NCBI RefSeq assembly: GCF_003334315.1 | Contig: NZ_QOWR01000041.1 | DNA from: Escherichia coli | Lineage (GTDB): Bacteria; Pseudomonadota; Gammaproteobacteria; Enterobacterales; Enterobacteriaceae | Direction: 5' to 3' (one strand) | Length of the DNA stretch: 43,657 nucleotides | Shown: positions 12,968 to 28,507 of the stretch, one piece after another | Position numbering within the stretch: the first letter of the stretch is position 1 | Layout: every line of letters begins with the position of its first letter | The notes under the pieces: model-generated | The model's input: the letters and a program-made list of their open reading frames with translations, nothing else | What the model was told of the DNA's origin: nothing | Database searches by the model: none | Position numbers and translations under genes: made by a program

Positions 12968-12972
12968 AAGTA

Positions 12973-19036
<6,064 letters not shown>

Positions 19037-19072
19037 TTAATAATAAGTAATGTTTGCGCTGTAAATGTAGAT

Positions 19073-19088
19073 TGCAGGGTTCGTGCCA
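19073..19088 (-). promoter_or_regulatory. Sigma-54 type promoter element (TGGCAC-N5-CTGCA) upstream of astC
   Basis: The minus strand reads TGGCACgaaccCTGCA with the conserved GG and GC dinucleotides, about 70-90 nt upstream of the astC start; consistent with the nitrogen-regulated ast promoter. Confidence 0.7.
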
Positions 19089-19445
19089 GCCAGTGATAAA
19101 AGTGCATAAACGGCGGAGGCTAACTGGAAATCAAGGAGTTATAACCAAACCATATGCATTTAAAGTGCATATAAAGTGAATACGTTTGCGATGTGGGTGA
19201 ATAAAAAGAATAAAAAACGCAATGTTATGCAGAAGTAAAATATAATTCTGGAATTGTGATCATTGACGAAATTTACTGGAAATTACTGCGCCATTCTGAC
19301 GCAGCGCGCACCAAAAGCGGGCATTTTTTGCGCCATCGTTGACATCATTAACAACCATCGATCAAATCACTTAACAACAGGCGGTAAGCAACGCGAAATT
19401 CTGCTACCATCCACGCACTCTTTATCTGAATAAATGGCAGCGACT

Positions 19446-20252
19446 ATGAAATTTGTCTCTTTTAATATCAACGGCCTGCGCGCCAGACCTCACCAGCTTG
19501 AAGCCATCGTCGAAAAGCACCAACCGGATGTGATTGGCCTGCAGGAGACAAAAGTTCATGACGATATGTTTCCGCTCGAAGAGGTGGCGAAGCTCGGCTA
19601 CAACGTGTTTTATCACGGGCAGAAAGGCCATTATGGCGTGGCGCTGCTGACCAAAGAGACGCCGATTGCCGTGCGTCGCGGCTTTCCCGGTGACGACGAA
19701 GAGGCGCAGCGGCGGATTATTATGGCGGAAATCCCCTCACTGCTGGGTAATGTCACCGTGATCAACGGTTACTTCCCGCAGGGTGAAAGCCGCGACCATC
19801 CGATAAAATTCCCGGCAAAAGCGCAGTTTTATCAGAATCTGCAAAACTACCTGGAAACCGAACTCAAACGTGATAATCCGGTACTGATTATGGGCGATAT
19901 GAATATCAGCCCTACAGATCTGGATATCGGCATTGGCGAAGAAAACCGTAAGCGCTGGCTGCGTACCGGTAAATGCTCTTTCCTGCCGGAAGAGCGCGAA
20001 TGGATGGACAGGCTGATGAGCTGGGGGTTGGTCGATACCTTCCGCCATGCGAATCCGCAAACAGCAGATCGTTTCTCATGGTTTGATTACCGCTCAAAAG
20101 GTTTTGACGATAACCGTGGTCTGCGCATCGACCTGCTGCTCGCCAGCCAACCGCTGGCAGAATGTTGCGTAGAAACCGGCATCGACTATGAAATCCGCAG
20201 CATGGAAAAACCGTCCGATCACGCCCCCGTCTGGGCGACCTTCCGCCGCTAA
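19446..20252 (+). CDS. xthA: Exodeoxyribonuclease III
   Basis: 268-aa product [36 protein letters not shown]…; the ORF track starts 4 codons upstream. Confidence 0.95.
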
Positions 20253-20418
20253 TTTAGCAGCTCTCCTGGCTCAAACTGGGTCAGGAGAATTAACCTTGAG
20301 AAAAATCAACAAACTGTCAGTAATGATTTGTTGCCTGCCGTCCTTTGTTATACCGTCTCTGCGTTTTTAGTTGTCTGACCACTTCTCTATTATCAAGTTT
20401 GATATAGGAAACTCCACG

Positions 20419-21129
20419 ATGAACGCTGAGCGTAAATTTCTTTTTGCCTGTCTTATTTTTGCGCTGGTCATTTACGCTATCCACGCTTTCGGTTTATTCG
20501 ATCTGCTCACCGATTTACCCCACTTACAGACACTCATCCGCCAGAGCGGATTTTTCGGCTATAGCCTCTATATTCTGTTATTCATCATTGCCACCCTCTT
20601 GCTGTTACCAGGAAGCATACTGGTGATCGCGGGAGGAATAGTTTTTGGCCCGCTCTTAGGGACACTACTCTCATTAATTGCCGCCACGCTGGCCTCCTCG
20701 TGCTCATTCCTGCTGGCGCGCTGGCTGGGACGTGATTTACTGCTGAAATACGTTGGCCATAGCAATACCTTCCAGGCCATTGAAAAAGGCATTGCGCGTA
20801 ACGGTATTGATTTTCTTATTCTGACCCGCTTAATCCCGTTGTTTCCTTACAATATTCAAAATTACGCTTACGGATTAACCACAATCGCCTTCTGGCCTTA
20901 TACCCTTATTTCGGCACTCACGACCCTACCCGGTATTGTTATTTATACCGTGATGGCAAGCGATCTCGCCAATGAAGGCATTACGCTGCGCTTTATTTTA
21001 CAACTCTGTCTGGCGGGCCTGGCGCTGTTTATTCTCGTCCAGCTCGCAAAACTCTACGCCCGACACAAACATGTGGATCTGTCTGCTTCGCGCCGCAGCC
21101 CACTTACTCACCCAAAAAATGAAGGATAG
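20419..21129 (+). CDS. ydjX: DedA/TVP38-family inner-membrane protein
   Basis: 236-aa hydrophobic protein starting MNAERKFLFACLIFALVIYA… with a DedA-type core (GxxxGP…FLLARWLGR). Confidence 0.85.
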   Translation: MNAERKFLFACLIFALVIYAIHAFGLFDLLTDLPHLQTLIRQSGFFGYSLYILLFIIATLLLLPGSILVIAGGIVFGPLLGTLLSLIAATLASSCSFLLARWLGRDLLLKYVGHSNTFQAIEKGIARNGIDFLILTRLIPLFPYNIQNYAYGLTTIAFWPYTLISALTTLPGIVIYTVMASDLANEGITLRFILQLCLAGLALFILVQLAKLYARHKHVDLSASRRSPLTHPKNEG

Positions 21130-21133
21130 AACG

Positions 21134-21811
21134 ATGTTGCAACATTATTCAGTGTCATGGAAAAAAGGACTGGCTGCACTCTGTTTACTGGCTGTTGCTG
21201 GGCTTAGCGGCTGCGATCAACAAGAGAATGCGGCGGCAAAAGTGGAATACGACGGACTTTCGAACAGCCAACCGCTGCGTGTCGATGCCAATAACCATAC
21301 GGTAACCATGCTGGTGCAAATTAATGGTCGTTTCCTCACCGACGACACTCGTCACGGTATTGTGTTTAAAGATGGCTCCAACGGACATAAATCGCTGTTT
21401 ATGGGTTATGCGACCCCGAAAGCATTTTATGAAGCCCTGAAAGAGGCAGGTGGTACGCCGGGCGAAAACATGACGATGGATAATAAAGAAACGACTCATG
21501 TCACAGGCAGCAAACTGGATATTTCGGTCAACTGGCAAGGGGCGGCAAAAGCGTATTCCTTCGATGAAGTGATTGTTGACAGTAATGGCAAGAAACTGGA
21601 CATGCGCTTTGGCGGTAATTTAACGGCAGCAGAAGAGAAGAAAACGGGTTGCCTGGTGTGTCTGGATAGCTGCCCGGTCGGCATCGTCAGCAATGCAACA
21701 TACACTTATGGTGCGGTTGAAAAACGTGATGAAGTTAAATTCAAAGGCAATGCCTCAGTTCTCCCGGCGGATAACACGCTGGCAACGGTTACCTTTAAAA
21801 TCGCCGAATAA
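21134..21811 (+). CDS. ydjY: Putative lipoprotein YdjY
   Basis: 225-aa product MLQHYSVSWKKGLAALCLLAVAGLSGCDQQ… with a lipobox LSGC and a C-terminal CLVCLDSCP cysteine cluster; starts 4 nt after ydjX. Confidence 0.85.
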   Translation: MLQHYSVSWKKGLAALCLLAVAGLSGCDQQENAAAKVEYDGLSNSQPLRVDANNHTVTMLVQINGRFLTDDTRHGIVFKDGSNGHKSLFMGYATPKAFYEALKEAGGTPGENMTMDNKETTHVTGSKLDISVNWQGAAKAYSFDEVIVDSNGKKLDMRFGGNLTAAEEKKTGCLVCLDSCPVGIVSNATYTYGAVEKRDEVKFKGNASVLPADNTLATVTFKIAE

Positions 21812-21825
21812 AGCCAGGATAAAGG

Positions 21826-22533
21826 ATGATGATGATGCAATCGCGAAAAATCTGGTACTACCGTATAACCCTCATCATCCTGTTGTTCGCTATGCTGCTG
21901 GCATGGGCGCTGCTTCCCGGTGTCCATGAGTTTATCAATCGCAGCGTTGCGGCGTTTGCCGCCGTGGACCAACAGGGTATAGAACGCTTTATTCAGTCTT
22001 ACGGCGCACTGGCGGCAGTTGTCTCGTTCTTGTTGATGATTTTGCAGGCCATTGCTGCACCGCTACCTGCGTTTTTGATCACCTTTGCCAATGCGTCGCT
22101 GTTTGGCGCGTTCTGGGGCGGCTTGCTGTCGTGGACCAGTTCGATGGCCGGCGCGGCGCTGTGCTTTTTTATCGCCAGAGTGATGGGCCGCGAAGTGGTG
22201 GAAAAATTAACCGGCAAAACCGTGCTTGACAGTATGGACGGCTTTTTCACTCGCTACGGCAAACACACCATTCTGGTCTGTCGGTTATTGCCTTTTGTCC
22301 CTTTCGATCCAATCAGCTATGCTGCCGGTTTGACTTCAATACGTTTTCGCTCGTTTTTTATCGCCACCGGGCTTGGTCAGTTACCGGCAACTATTGTTTA
22401 TTCCTGGGCGGGCAGCATGTTAACAGGCGGTACTTTCTGGTTTGTCACCGGACTGTTTATTCTGTTTGCCCTGACCGTGGTGATTTTTATGGCGAAGAAA
22501 ATATGGCTTGAACGCCAGAAGAGGAATGCCTGA
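21826..22533 (+). CDS. ydjZ: DedA/TVP38-family inner-membrane protein
   Basis: 235-aa hydrophobic ORF (…FIARVMGREVVEKL…), a paralogue of ydjX in the same array. Confidence 0.85.
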   Translation: MMMMQSRKIWYYRITLIILLFAMLLAWALLPGVHEFINRSVAAFAAVDQQGIERFIQSYGALAAVVSFLLMILQAIAAPLPAFLITFANASLFGAFWGGLLSWTSSMAGAALCFFIARVMGREVVEKLTGKTVLDSMDGFFTRYGKHTILVCRLLPFVPFDPISYAAGLTSIRFRSFFIATGLGQLPATIVYSWAGSMLTGGTFWFVTGLFILFALTVVIFMAKKIWLERQKRNA

Positions 22534-23081
22534 TGGGTTTACCGCCGCTTAGCAAAATTCCTTTAATTTTACGTCCACAGGCGTGGCTGCATCGTCGCCA
22601 TTACGGCGAGGTGCTAAGCCCCATTCGCTGGTGGGGGCGGATCCCGTTTATCTTTTATCTGGTGTCGATGTTTGTTGGCTGGCTGGAGCGCAAACGCTCA
22701 CCGCTCGATCCGGTAGTACGATCGCTTGTCAGCGCGCGCATTGCGCAAATGTGCCTGTGTGAGTTTTGTGTGGATATCACCAGTATGAAAGTCGCCGAGC
22801 GCACCGGCAGCAGCGATAAACTGCTGGCAGTGGCTGACTGGCGGCAAAGCCCGCTCTTTAGCGATGAAGAACGGCTGGCGCTGGAGTACGCCGAAGCCGC
22901 AAGCGTAACGCCGCCAACGGTCGATGATGCCCTGCGTACCCGACTGGCTGCGCATTTTGACGCTCAGGCGCTCACCGAACTGACGGCATTGATCGGCCTG
23001 CAAAATCTGTCAGCCCGTTTTAATTCTGCCATGGACATTCCCGCTCAGGGGCTGTGCCGTATTCCTGAAAAACGTTCTTAA
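22533..23081 (+). CDS. ynjA: Uncharacterised protein YnjA (probably AhpD/carboxymuconolactone-decarboxylase-like)
   Basis: 182-aa ORF whose start overlaps the ydjZ stop (TGATG); contains a Cys-rich CLCEFC motif. The family assignment is from memory and not verified. Confidence 0.8.
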   Translation: MGLPPLSKIPLILRPQAWLHRRHYGEVLSPIRWWGRIPFIFYLVSMFVGWLERKRSPLDPVVRSLVSARIAQMCLCEFCVDITSMKVAERTGSSDKLLAVADWRQSPLFSDEERLALEYAEAASVTPPTVDDALRTRLAAHFDAQALTELTALIGLQNLSARFNSAMDIPAQGLCRIPEKRS

Positions 23082-23090
23082 GGAGAGATG

Positions 23091-24257
23091 ATGCGCCATT
23101 GTGGGTGGTTGCTGGGATTGTTATCGCTGTTTTCTCTGGCAACACATGCCAGTGACTGGCAAGAAATTAAAAATGAGGCCAAAGGGCAAACCGTCTGGTT
23201 TAACGCCTGGGGCGGCGATACCGCAATTAACCGCTATCTCGACTGGGTGAGCGGCGAGATGAAAACCCATTACGCTATAAACCTGAAGATTGTCCGTCTG
23301 GCGGATGCCGCAGACGCGGTGAAGCGCATTCAGACCGAAGCCGCAGCCGGACGTAAAACGGGCGGCTCGGTGGATCTGCTCTGGGTGAACGGCGAAAACT
23401 TCCGCACCTTAAAAGAGGCCAATTTATTACAAACGGGCTGGGCGGAGACTCTGCCCAACTGGCGCTATGTCGACACACAGCTGCCGGTGCGGGAAGATTT
23501 TTCTGTGCCGACACAAGGTGCGGAATCGCCCTGGGGCGGCGCACAACTGACGTTTATCGCCCGCCGCGATGTTACGCCACAGCCACCACAAACGCCGCAA
23601 GCCTTACTGGAGTTTGCTAAAGCCAATCCCGGCACGGTTACCTATCCGCGCCCACCGGACTTTACCGGCACGGCGTTTCTTGAACAGTTGCTGATTATGC
23701 TGACGCCCGATCCCGCCGCATTAAAAGAAGCGCCGGACGATGCGACTTTCGCCCGTGTCACTGCTCCCTTGTGGCAATATCTTGATGTGCTGCATCCGTA
23801 TTTGTGGCGCGAAGGAAAGGATTTCCCGCCTTCACCCGCGCGGATGGATGCTCTGCTGAAAGCCGGCACATTGCGCCTGTCGCTGACCTTTAACCCCGCG
23901 CATGCGCAGCAAAAAATCGCCAGCGGCGATTTGCCTGCAAGCAGTTACAGTTTTGGCTTTCGCGAGGGGATGATTGGCAACGTGCATTTCGTCACCATTC
24001 CTGCCAACGCGAATGCCAGTGCTGCGGCGAAGGTAGTTGCCAATTTCCTGCTCTCACCCGATGCGCAACTGCGTAAAGCAGATCCCGCTGTCTGGGGCGA
24101 TCCTTCTGTTCTCGATCCGCAAAAACTGCCTGACGGGCAGCGCGAATCATTGCAATCAAGAATGCCGCAGGATCTGCCGCCGGTACTGGCTGAACCGCAC
24201 GCAGGTTGGGTAAATGCGCTGGAACAAGAATGGCTACACCGTTACGGTACGCATTAA
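23091..24257 (+). CDS. ynjB: ABC transporter periplasmic substrate-binding protein
   Basis: 388-aa product with signal peptide MRHCGWLLGLLSLFSLATHA; RBS AGGAGA precedes it; the start may be 1 codon upstream (23088). Confidence 0.85.
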   Translation: MRHCGWLLGLLSLFSLATHASDWQEIKNEAKGQTVWFNAWGGDTAINRYLDWVSGEMKTHYAINLKIVRLADAADAVKRIQTEAAAGRKTGGSVDLLWVNGENFRTLKEANLLQTGWAETLPNWRYVDTQLPVREDFSVPTQGAESPWGGAQLTFIARRDVTPQPPQTPQALLEFAKANPGTVTYPRPPDFTGTAFLEQLLIMLTPDPAALKEAPDDATFARVTAPLWQYLDVLHPYLWREGKDFPPSPARMDALLKAGTLRLSLTFNPAHAQQKIASGDLPASSYSFGFREGMIGNVHFVTIPANANASAAAKVVANFLLSPDAQLRKADPAVWGDPSVLDPQKLPDGQRESLQSRMPQDLPPVLAEPHAGWVNALEQEWLHRYGTH

Positions 24258-25765
24258 TCTTTTTGCTGTGGGCGATGGTGGCGGTGATTTATGCACCGCT
24301 GATCCCGGCAGCTCTCACGCTGATATCGCCTGCTTTGTCGTTGACACACTGGCAGGCGTTATTTGCCGATCCACAGTTACCGCAGGCATTACTGGCAACG
24401 CTGGTGTCGACAACCATCGCGGCGGTCGGGGCATTGTTGATTGCCCTGCTGGTGATTGTGGCGCTGTGGCCTGGGCCGAAATGGCAGCGTATGTGCGCCC
24501 GTCTGCCGTGGCTGCTCGCCATTCCCCATGTGGCTTTTGCCACCAGCGCCCTTCTGCTCTTTGCTGACGGAGGGCTGCTTTATGACTATTTCCCGTATTT
24601 CACTCCGCCAATGGACCGATTTGGCATCGGTCTGGGCCTCACCCTTGCAGTGAAAGAAAGCGCATTTCTGCTGTGGATCTTAGCAGCAGTATTGAGCGAA
24701 AAATGGCTGTTGCAGCAGGTCATTGTGCTGGATTCGCTGGGCTACAGCCGCTGGCAATGCCTGAACTGGCTGCTGTTGCCCTCCGTCGCGCCTGCGCTGG
24801 CAATGGCGATGCTGGCGATTGTTGCCTGGTCGCTGTCGGTCGTGGATGTGGCAATTATTCTCGGGCCAGGTAATCCCCCGACGCTGGCGGTAATTAGCTG
24901 GCAGTGGTTAACCCAGGGCGACATTGACCAACAAACAAAAGGCGCGCTTGCCAGCCTGCTGTTGATGCTGTTACTCGCCGCCTACGTTTTGCTGAGCTAT
25001 CTGCTATGGCGCAGCTGGCGGCGCACTATTCCCCGCGTAGATGGCGTTCGCAAGCCTGCCACGCCTTTATTGCCGGGCAATACGCTGGCGATTTTTTTAC
25101 CCTTAACCGGTGTGCTGTGTGTGGTTCTGCTGGCGATCCTCGCGGATCAGTCGACGATCAATAGTGAAGCGCTCATCAACAGCCTGACAATGGGGCTGGT
25201 GGCGACATTCATCGCTTTGCTCCTGTTACTGCTGTGGCTGGAATGGGGGCCACAGCGTCGCCAGTTGTGGCTATGGTTGCCCATTTTATTACCTGCTCTG
25301 CCACTGGTGGCGGGCCAGTACACGCTGGCGCTATGGCTGAAACTGGATGGAAGCTGGACGGCGGTGGTCTGGGGGCATCTGCTGTGGGTGATGCCGTGGA
25401 TGCTGTTTATCCTGCAACCCGCCTGGCAGCGCATTGATTCACGGTTAATTTTGATTGCGCAAACACTGGGCTGGTCGCGGGCCAAAATCTTCTTTTACGT
25501 GAAATGCCCACTCATGTTGCGCCCTGTGCTGATTGCCTTCGCGGTGGGATTTGCAGTCGGTATTGCGCAGTATATGCCAACGCTGTGGCTGGGCGCGGGG
25601 CGTTTTCCGACGCTCACCACTGAGGCGGTGGCATTAAGCAGCGGCGGCAGCAACGGTATTCTCGCCGCCCAGGCTTTATGGCAACTGCTATTACCGCTTA
25701 TTATTTTTGCCCTGACCGCGTTAGTCGCAAAATGGGTAGGTTATGTCAGACAAGGACTCCGCTAA
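24230..25765 (+). CDS. ynjC: ABC transporter permease (two-domain)
   Basis: 511-aa multi-pass membrane ORF; overlaps the ynjB 3' end by 28 nt; the start is chosen by length and may be off by a few codons. Confidence 0.85.
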   Translation: MATPLRYALIFLLWAMVAVIYAPLIPAALTLISPALSLTHWQALFADPQLPQALLATLVSTTIAAVGALLIALLVIVALWPGPKWQRMCARLPWLLAIPHVAFATSALLLFADGGLLYDYFPYFTPPMDRFGIGLGLTLAVKESAFLLWILAAVLSEKWLLQQVIVLDSLGYSRWQCLNWLLLPSVAPALAMAMLAIVAWSLSVVDVAIILGPGNPPTLAVISWQWLTQGDIDQQTKGALASLLLMLLLAAYVLLSYLLWRSWRRTIPRVDGVRKPATPLLPGNTLAIFLPLTGVLCVVLLAILADQSTINSEALINSLTMGLVATFIALLLLLLWLEWGPQRRQLWLWLPILLPALPLVAGQYTLALWLKLDGSWTAVVWGHLLWVMPWMLFILQPAWQRIDSRLILIAQTLGWSRAKIFFYVKCPLMLRPVLIAFAVGFAVGIAQYMPTLWLGAGRFPTLTTEAVALSSGGSNGILAAQALWQLLLPLIIFALTALVAKWVGYVRQGLR

Positions 25766-26418
25766 TGCTCTGCGTGAAAAATGTTTCGCTACGTTTACCA
25801 GAAAGCCGCTTGCTGACAAACGTTAACTTTACGGTGGATAAAGGTGACATTGTCACGTTAATGGGGCCGTCTGGCTGTGGAAAATCCACTCTGTTTTCAT
25901 GGATGATTGGTGCACTGGCCGAACAGTTTTCTTGTACAGGTGAGCTATGGCTCAATGAGCAACGGATTGACATCCTACCCACCGCACAGCGTCAGATTGG
26001 CATTCTTTTTCAGGATGCACTGTTATTTGACCAGTTCAGTGTCGGGCAAAATTTACTGCTGGCGCTACCGGCGACACTTAAAGGGAATGCCCGACGTAAT
26101 GCCGTGAATGATGCACTTGAGCGTTCAGGCCTTGAGGGAGCTTTCCATCAGGATCCTGCCACTTTGTCTGGCGGTCAGCGAGCGCGCGTTGCTCTACTAC
26201 GCGCCCTTCTCGCCCAACCAAAAGCGTTACTCCTGGATGAGCCATTCAGCCGTCTTGATGTGGCTCTGCGCGATAATTTTCGCCAGTGGGTGTTCAGCGA
26301 AGTTCGCGCCCTGGCGATCCCCGTCGTTCAGGTAACGCACGATCTCCAGGATGTTCCTGCTGATAGTTCTGTTCTGGATATGGCGCAGTGGTCAGAAAAT
26401 TACAACAAACTGCGATAA
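25765..26418 (+). CDS. ynjD: ABC transporter ATP-binding protein
   Basis: 217-aa product MLCVKNVSLRLPESRLLTNVNFTVDKGDIVTLMGPSGCGKSTL… with Walker A, LSGGQ signature and Walker B; its start overlaps the ynjC stop (TAATG). Confidence 0.9.
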   Translation: MLCVKNVSLRLPESRLLTNVNFTVDKGDIVTLMGPSGCGKSTLFSWMIGALAEQFSCTGELWLNEQRIDILPTAQRQIGILFQDALLFDQFSVGQNLLLALPATLKGNARRNAVNDALERSGLEGAFHQDPATLSGGQRARVALLRALLAQPKALLLDEPFSRLDVALRDNFRQWVFSEVRALAIPVVQVTHDLQDVPADSSVLDMAQWSENYNKLR

Positions 26419-26484
26419 CGCAAAGTTTTTCTCAATGCGTCAGTTCAGAATGGCGCACTCAAAACTACAATGTCGGGATTTTCG

Positions 26485-27792
26485 ATGAAACGTGTTTCTC
26501 AAATGACCGCGCTGGCAATGGCTTTAGGGCTGGCTTGCGCTTCTTCGTGGGCCGCTGAACTGGCGAAGCCTCTTACACTTGACCAGCTTCAACAACAAAA
26601 TGGCAAAGCGATAGATACTCGCCCCAGCGCGTTTTATAACGGCTGGCCACAAACCTTAAATGGCCCTTCTGGTCATGAACCTGCCGCCTTAAACCTCTCT
26701 GCCAGCTGGCTTGACAAAATGAGCACCGAACAGCTCAACGCGTGGATCAAGCAACATAACCTGAAAACCGATGCTCCGGTGGCGCTGTACGGTAATGACA
26801 AAGATGTCGACGCCGTCAAAACGCGACTGCAAAAAGCAGGTTTAACGCATATCTCCATCCTGAGTGACGCGCTAAGCGAACCTTCCCGTCTGCAAAAACT
26901 GCCGCATTTTGAGCAGCTGGTTTATCCGCAATGGCTGCACGACCTGCAACAAGGTAAAGAGGTTACGGCGAAACCTGCCGGTGACTGGAAAGTCATTGAA
27001 GCGGCCTGGGGCGCTCCTAAGCTTTACCTTATCAGCCATATTCCCGGCGCTGACTACATCGATACCAACGAAGTGGAAAGTGAACCGCTGTGGAACAAAG
27101 TTTCTGATGAACAACTAAAAGCGATGCTGGCAAAACACGGCATTCGCCATGACACCACGGTCATTCTGTATGGGCGTGACGTATACGCTGCAGCGCGTGT
27201 GGCGCAGATTATGCTTTATGCTGGCGTGAAAGATGTGCGCCTGCTGGATGGCGACTGGCAAACCTGGTCCGACGCGGGACTGCCTGTTGAGCGCGGAACG
27301 CCACCGAAAGTGAAAGCGGAACCGGATTTCGGCGTGAAGATCCCGGCACAACCGCAGTTGATGCTCGATATGGAACAGGCCCGTGGACTGCTGCATCGCC
27401 AGGATGCATCGCTGGTGAGCATTCGTTCGTGGCCAGAATTTATCGGTACGACCAGCGGTTACAGCTATATTAAACCAAAAGGTGAAATAGCCGGAGCACG
27501 TTGGGGACACGCTGGTAGCGACTCGACGCATATGGAAGATTTTCATAACCCGGATGGCACCATGCGCAGCGCCGATGATATTACCGCTATGTGGAAAGCG
27601 TGGAATATCAAACCAGAGCAGCAAGTTTCATTCTACTGCGGCACCGGCTGGCGCGCGTCCGAAACCTTTATGTACGCACGCGCCATGGGTTGGAAGAATG
27701 TTTCCGTGTATGACGGCGGCTGGTACGAATGGAGCAGCGATCCAAAAAATCCGGTAGCAACCGGTGAACGCGGCCCGGACAGTAGCAAATAA
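26485..27792 (+). CDS. ynjE: Periplasmic multi-domain rhodanese (thiosulfate sulfurtransferase)
   Basis: 435-aa product MKRVSQMTALAMALGLACASSWAAELAK… with signal peptide and C-terminal rhodanese active-site CGTGWR. Confidence 0.9.
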   Translation: MKRVSQMTALAMALGLACASSWAAELAKPLTLDQLQQQNGKAIDTRPSAFYNGWPQTLNGPSGHEPAALNLSASWLDKMSTEQLNAWIKQHNLKTDAPVALYGNDKDVDAVKTRLQKAGLTHISILSDALSEPSRLQKLPHFEQLVYPQWLHDLQQGKEVTAKPAGDWKVIEAAWGAPKLYLISHIPGADYIDTNEVESEPLWNKVSDEQLKAMLAKHGIRHDTTVILYGRDVYAAARVAQIMLYAGVKDVRLLDGDWQTWSDAGLPVERGTPPKVKAEPDFGVKIPAQPQLMLDMEQARGLLHRQDASLVSIRSWPEFIGTTSGYSYIKPKGEIAGARWGHAGSDSTHMEDFHNPDGTMRSADDITAMWKAWNIKPEQQVSFYCGTGWRASETFMYARAMGWKNVSVYDGGWYEWSSDPKNPVATGERGPDSSK

Positions 27793-27800
27793 CATTGCAA

Positions 27801-28427
27801 TTACTGACGCTGGAGCGACTTCAGCGTCAGATACCCACTCCACACCCGCGTAAAGGTCGTCATCCAGCACAACGCACCGAAGATCCACGCAAACCACGCA
27901 AACCATGCAGGGAATAAACATCCCAGCACAAACAGTAAGATCGTTTCTGTGCCTTCGGTTAATCCCCCCAGATAGTAAAACGACTTATGTGCATAACCGG
28001 GGTTATCAATCTGATGTTTTGCTGCCAGTGCAGCAAAGGCGAGAAAACTGCTGCCCGTGCCGATAAACGCAAACAACAACCAGCCGCCTGCCAGCGCATT
28101 TTGCTCCGGTGCAGCAAGAATAAAGCCAAACGGCACCAGCGCGTAAAAGAGAAAATCGAGAGAAATATCAAGAAAGCCGCCCGCGTCGGTAAGCTCTCTG
28201 CGCCGCGCCAGCGCACCGTCCAGACCATCAAGCAGCCTGTTCAACAAAATGACGACTAGCGCCGCCAGATACCAGCCCAGCGCCAGAAACGGCAGAGCCA
28301 GTACGCCGATGGCAAATCCCACTAATGTTAAACCATCTGGCGTAATGCCCGGTTTATCAAGAACCCGCACGCATTGATGCAACAACGGTTTAATCCGGGG
28401 ATGAAGATGGCGGTCTAGCACAGGCAC
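27801..28427 (-). CDS. ynjF: CDP-alcohol phosphatidyltransferase-family membrane protein
   Basis: 208-aa ORF with D-G-x2-A-R…G-x3-D-x3-D-like motif (LLDGLDGALARRRELTDAGGFLDISLD); the true start may be the GTG 2 codons in. Confidence 0.85.
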   Translation of the reverse strand: MPVLDRHLHPRIKPLLHQCVRVLDKPGITPDGLTLVGFAIGVLALPFLALGWYLAALVVILLNRLLDGLDGALARRRELTDAGGFLDISLDFLFYALVPFGFILAAPEQNALAGGWLLFAFIGTGSSFLAFAALAAKHQIDNPGYAHKSFYYLGGLTEGTETILLFVLGCLFPAWFAWFAWIFGALCWMTTFTRVWSGYLTLKSLQRQ

Positions 28428-28507
28428 TCCTTAAATATAAAGCCTTTCTGATTGAGCAACAGTGCGGATATTATGGCATTTTTCGCTTATCTGCCCGTGT
28501 GTAATTT

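Noticed and set aside
20253-20290. Possible xthA terminator hairpin (ctcctggctcaaactgggtcaggag)
   Set aside because: Short stem with a long loop and no following U-run; too weak to call.
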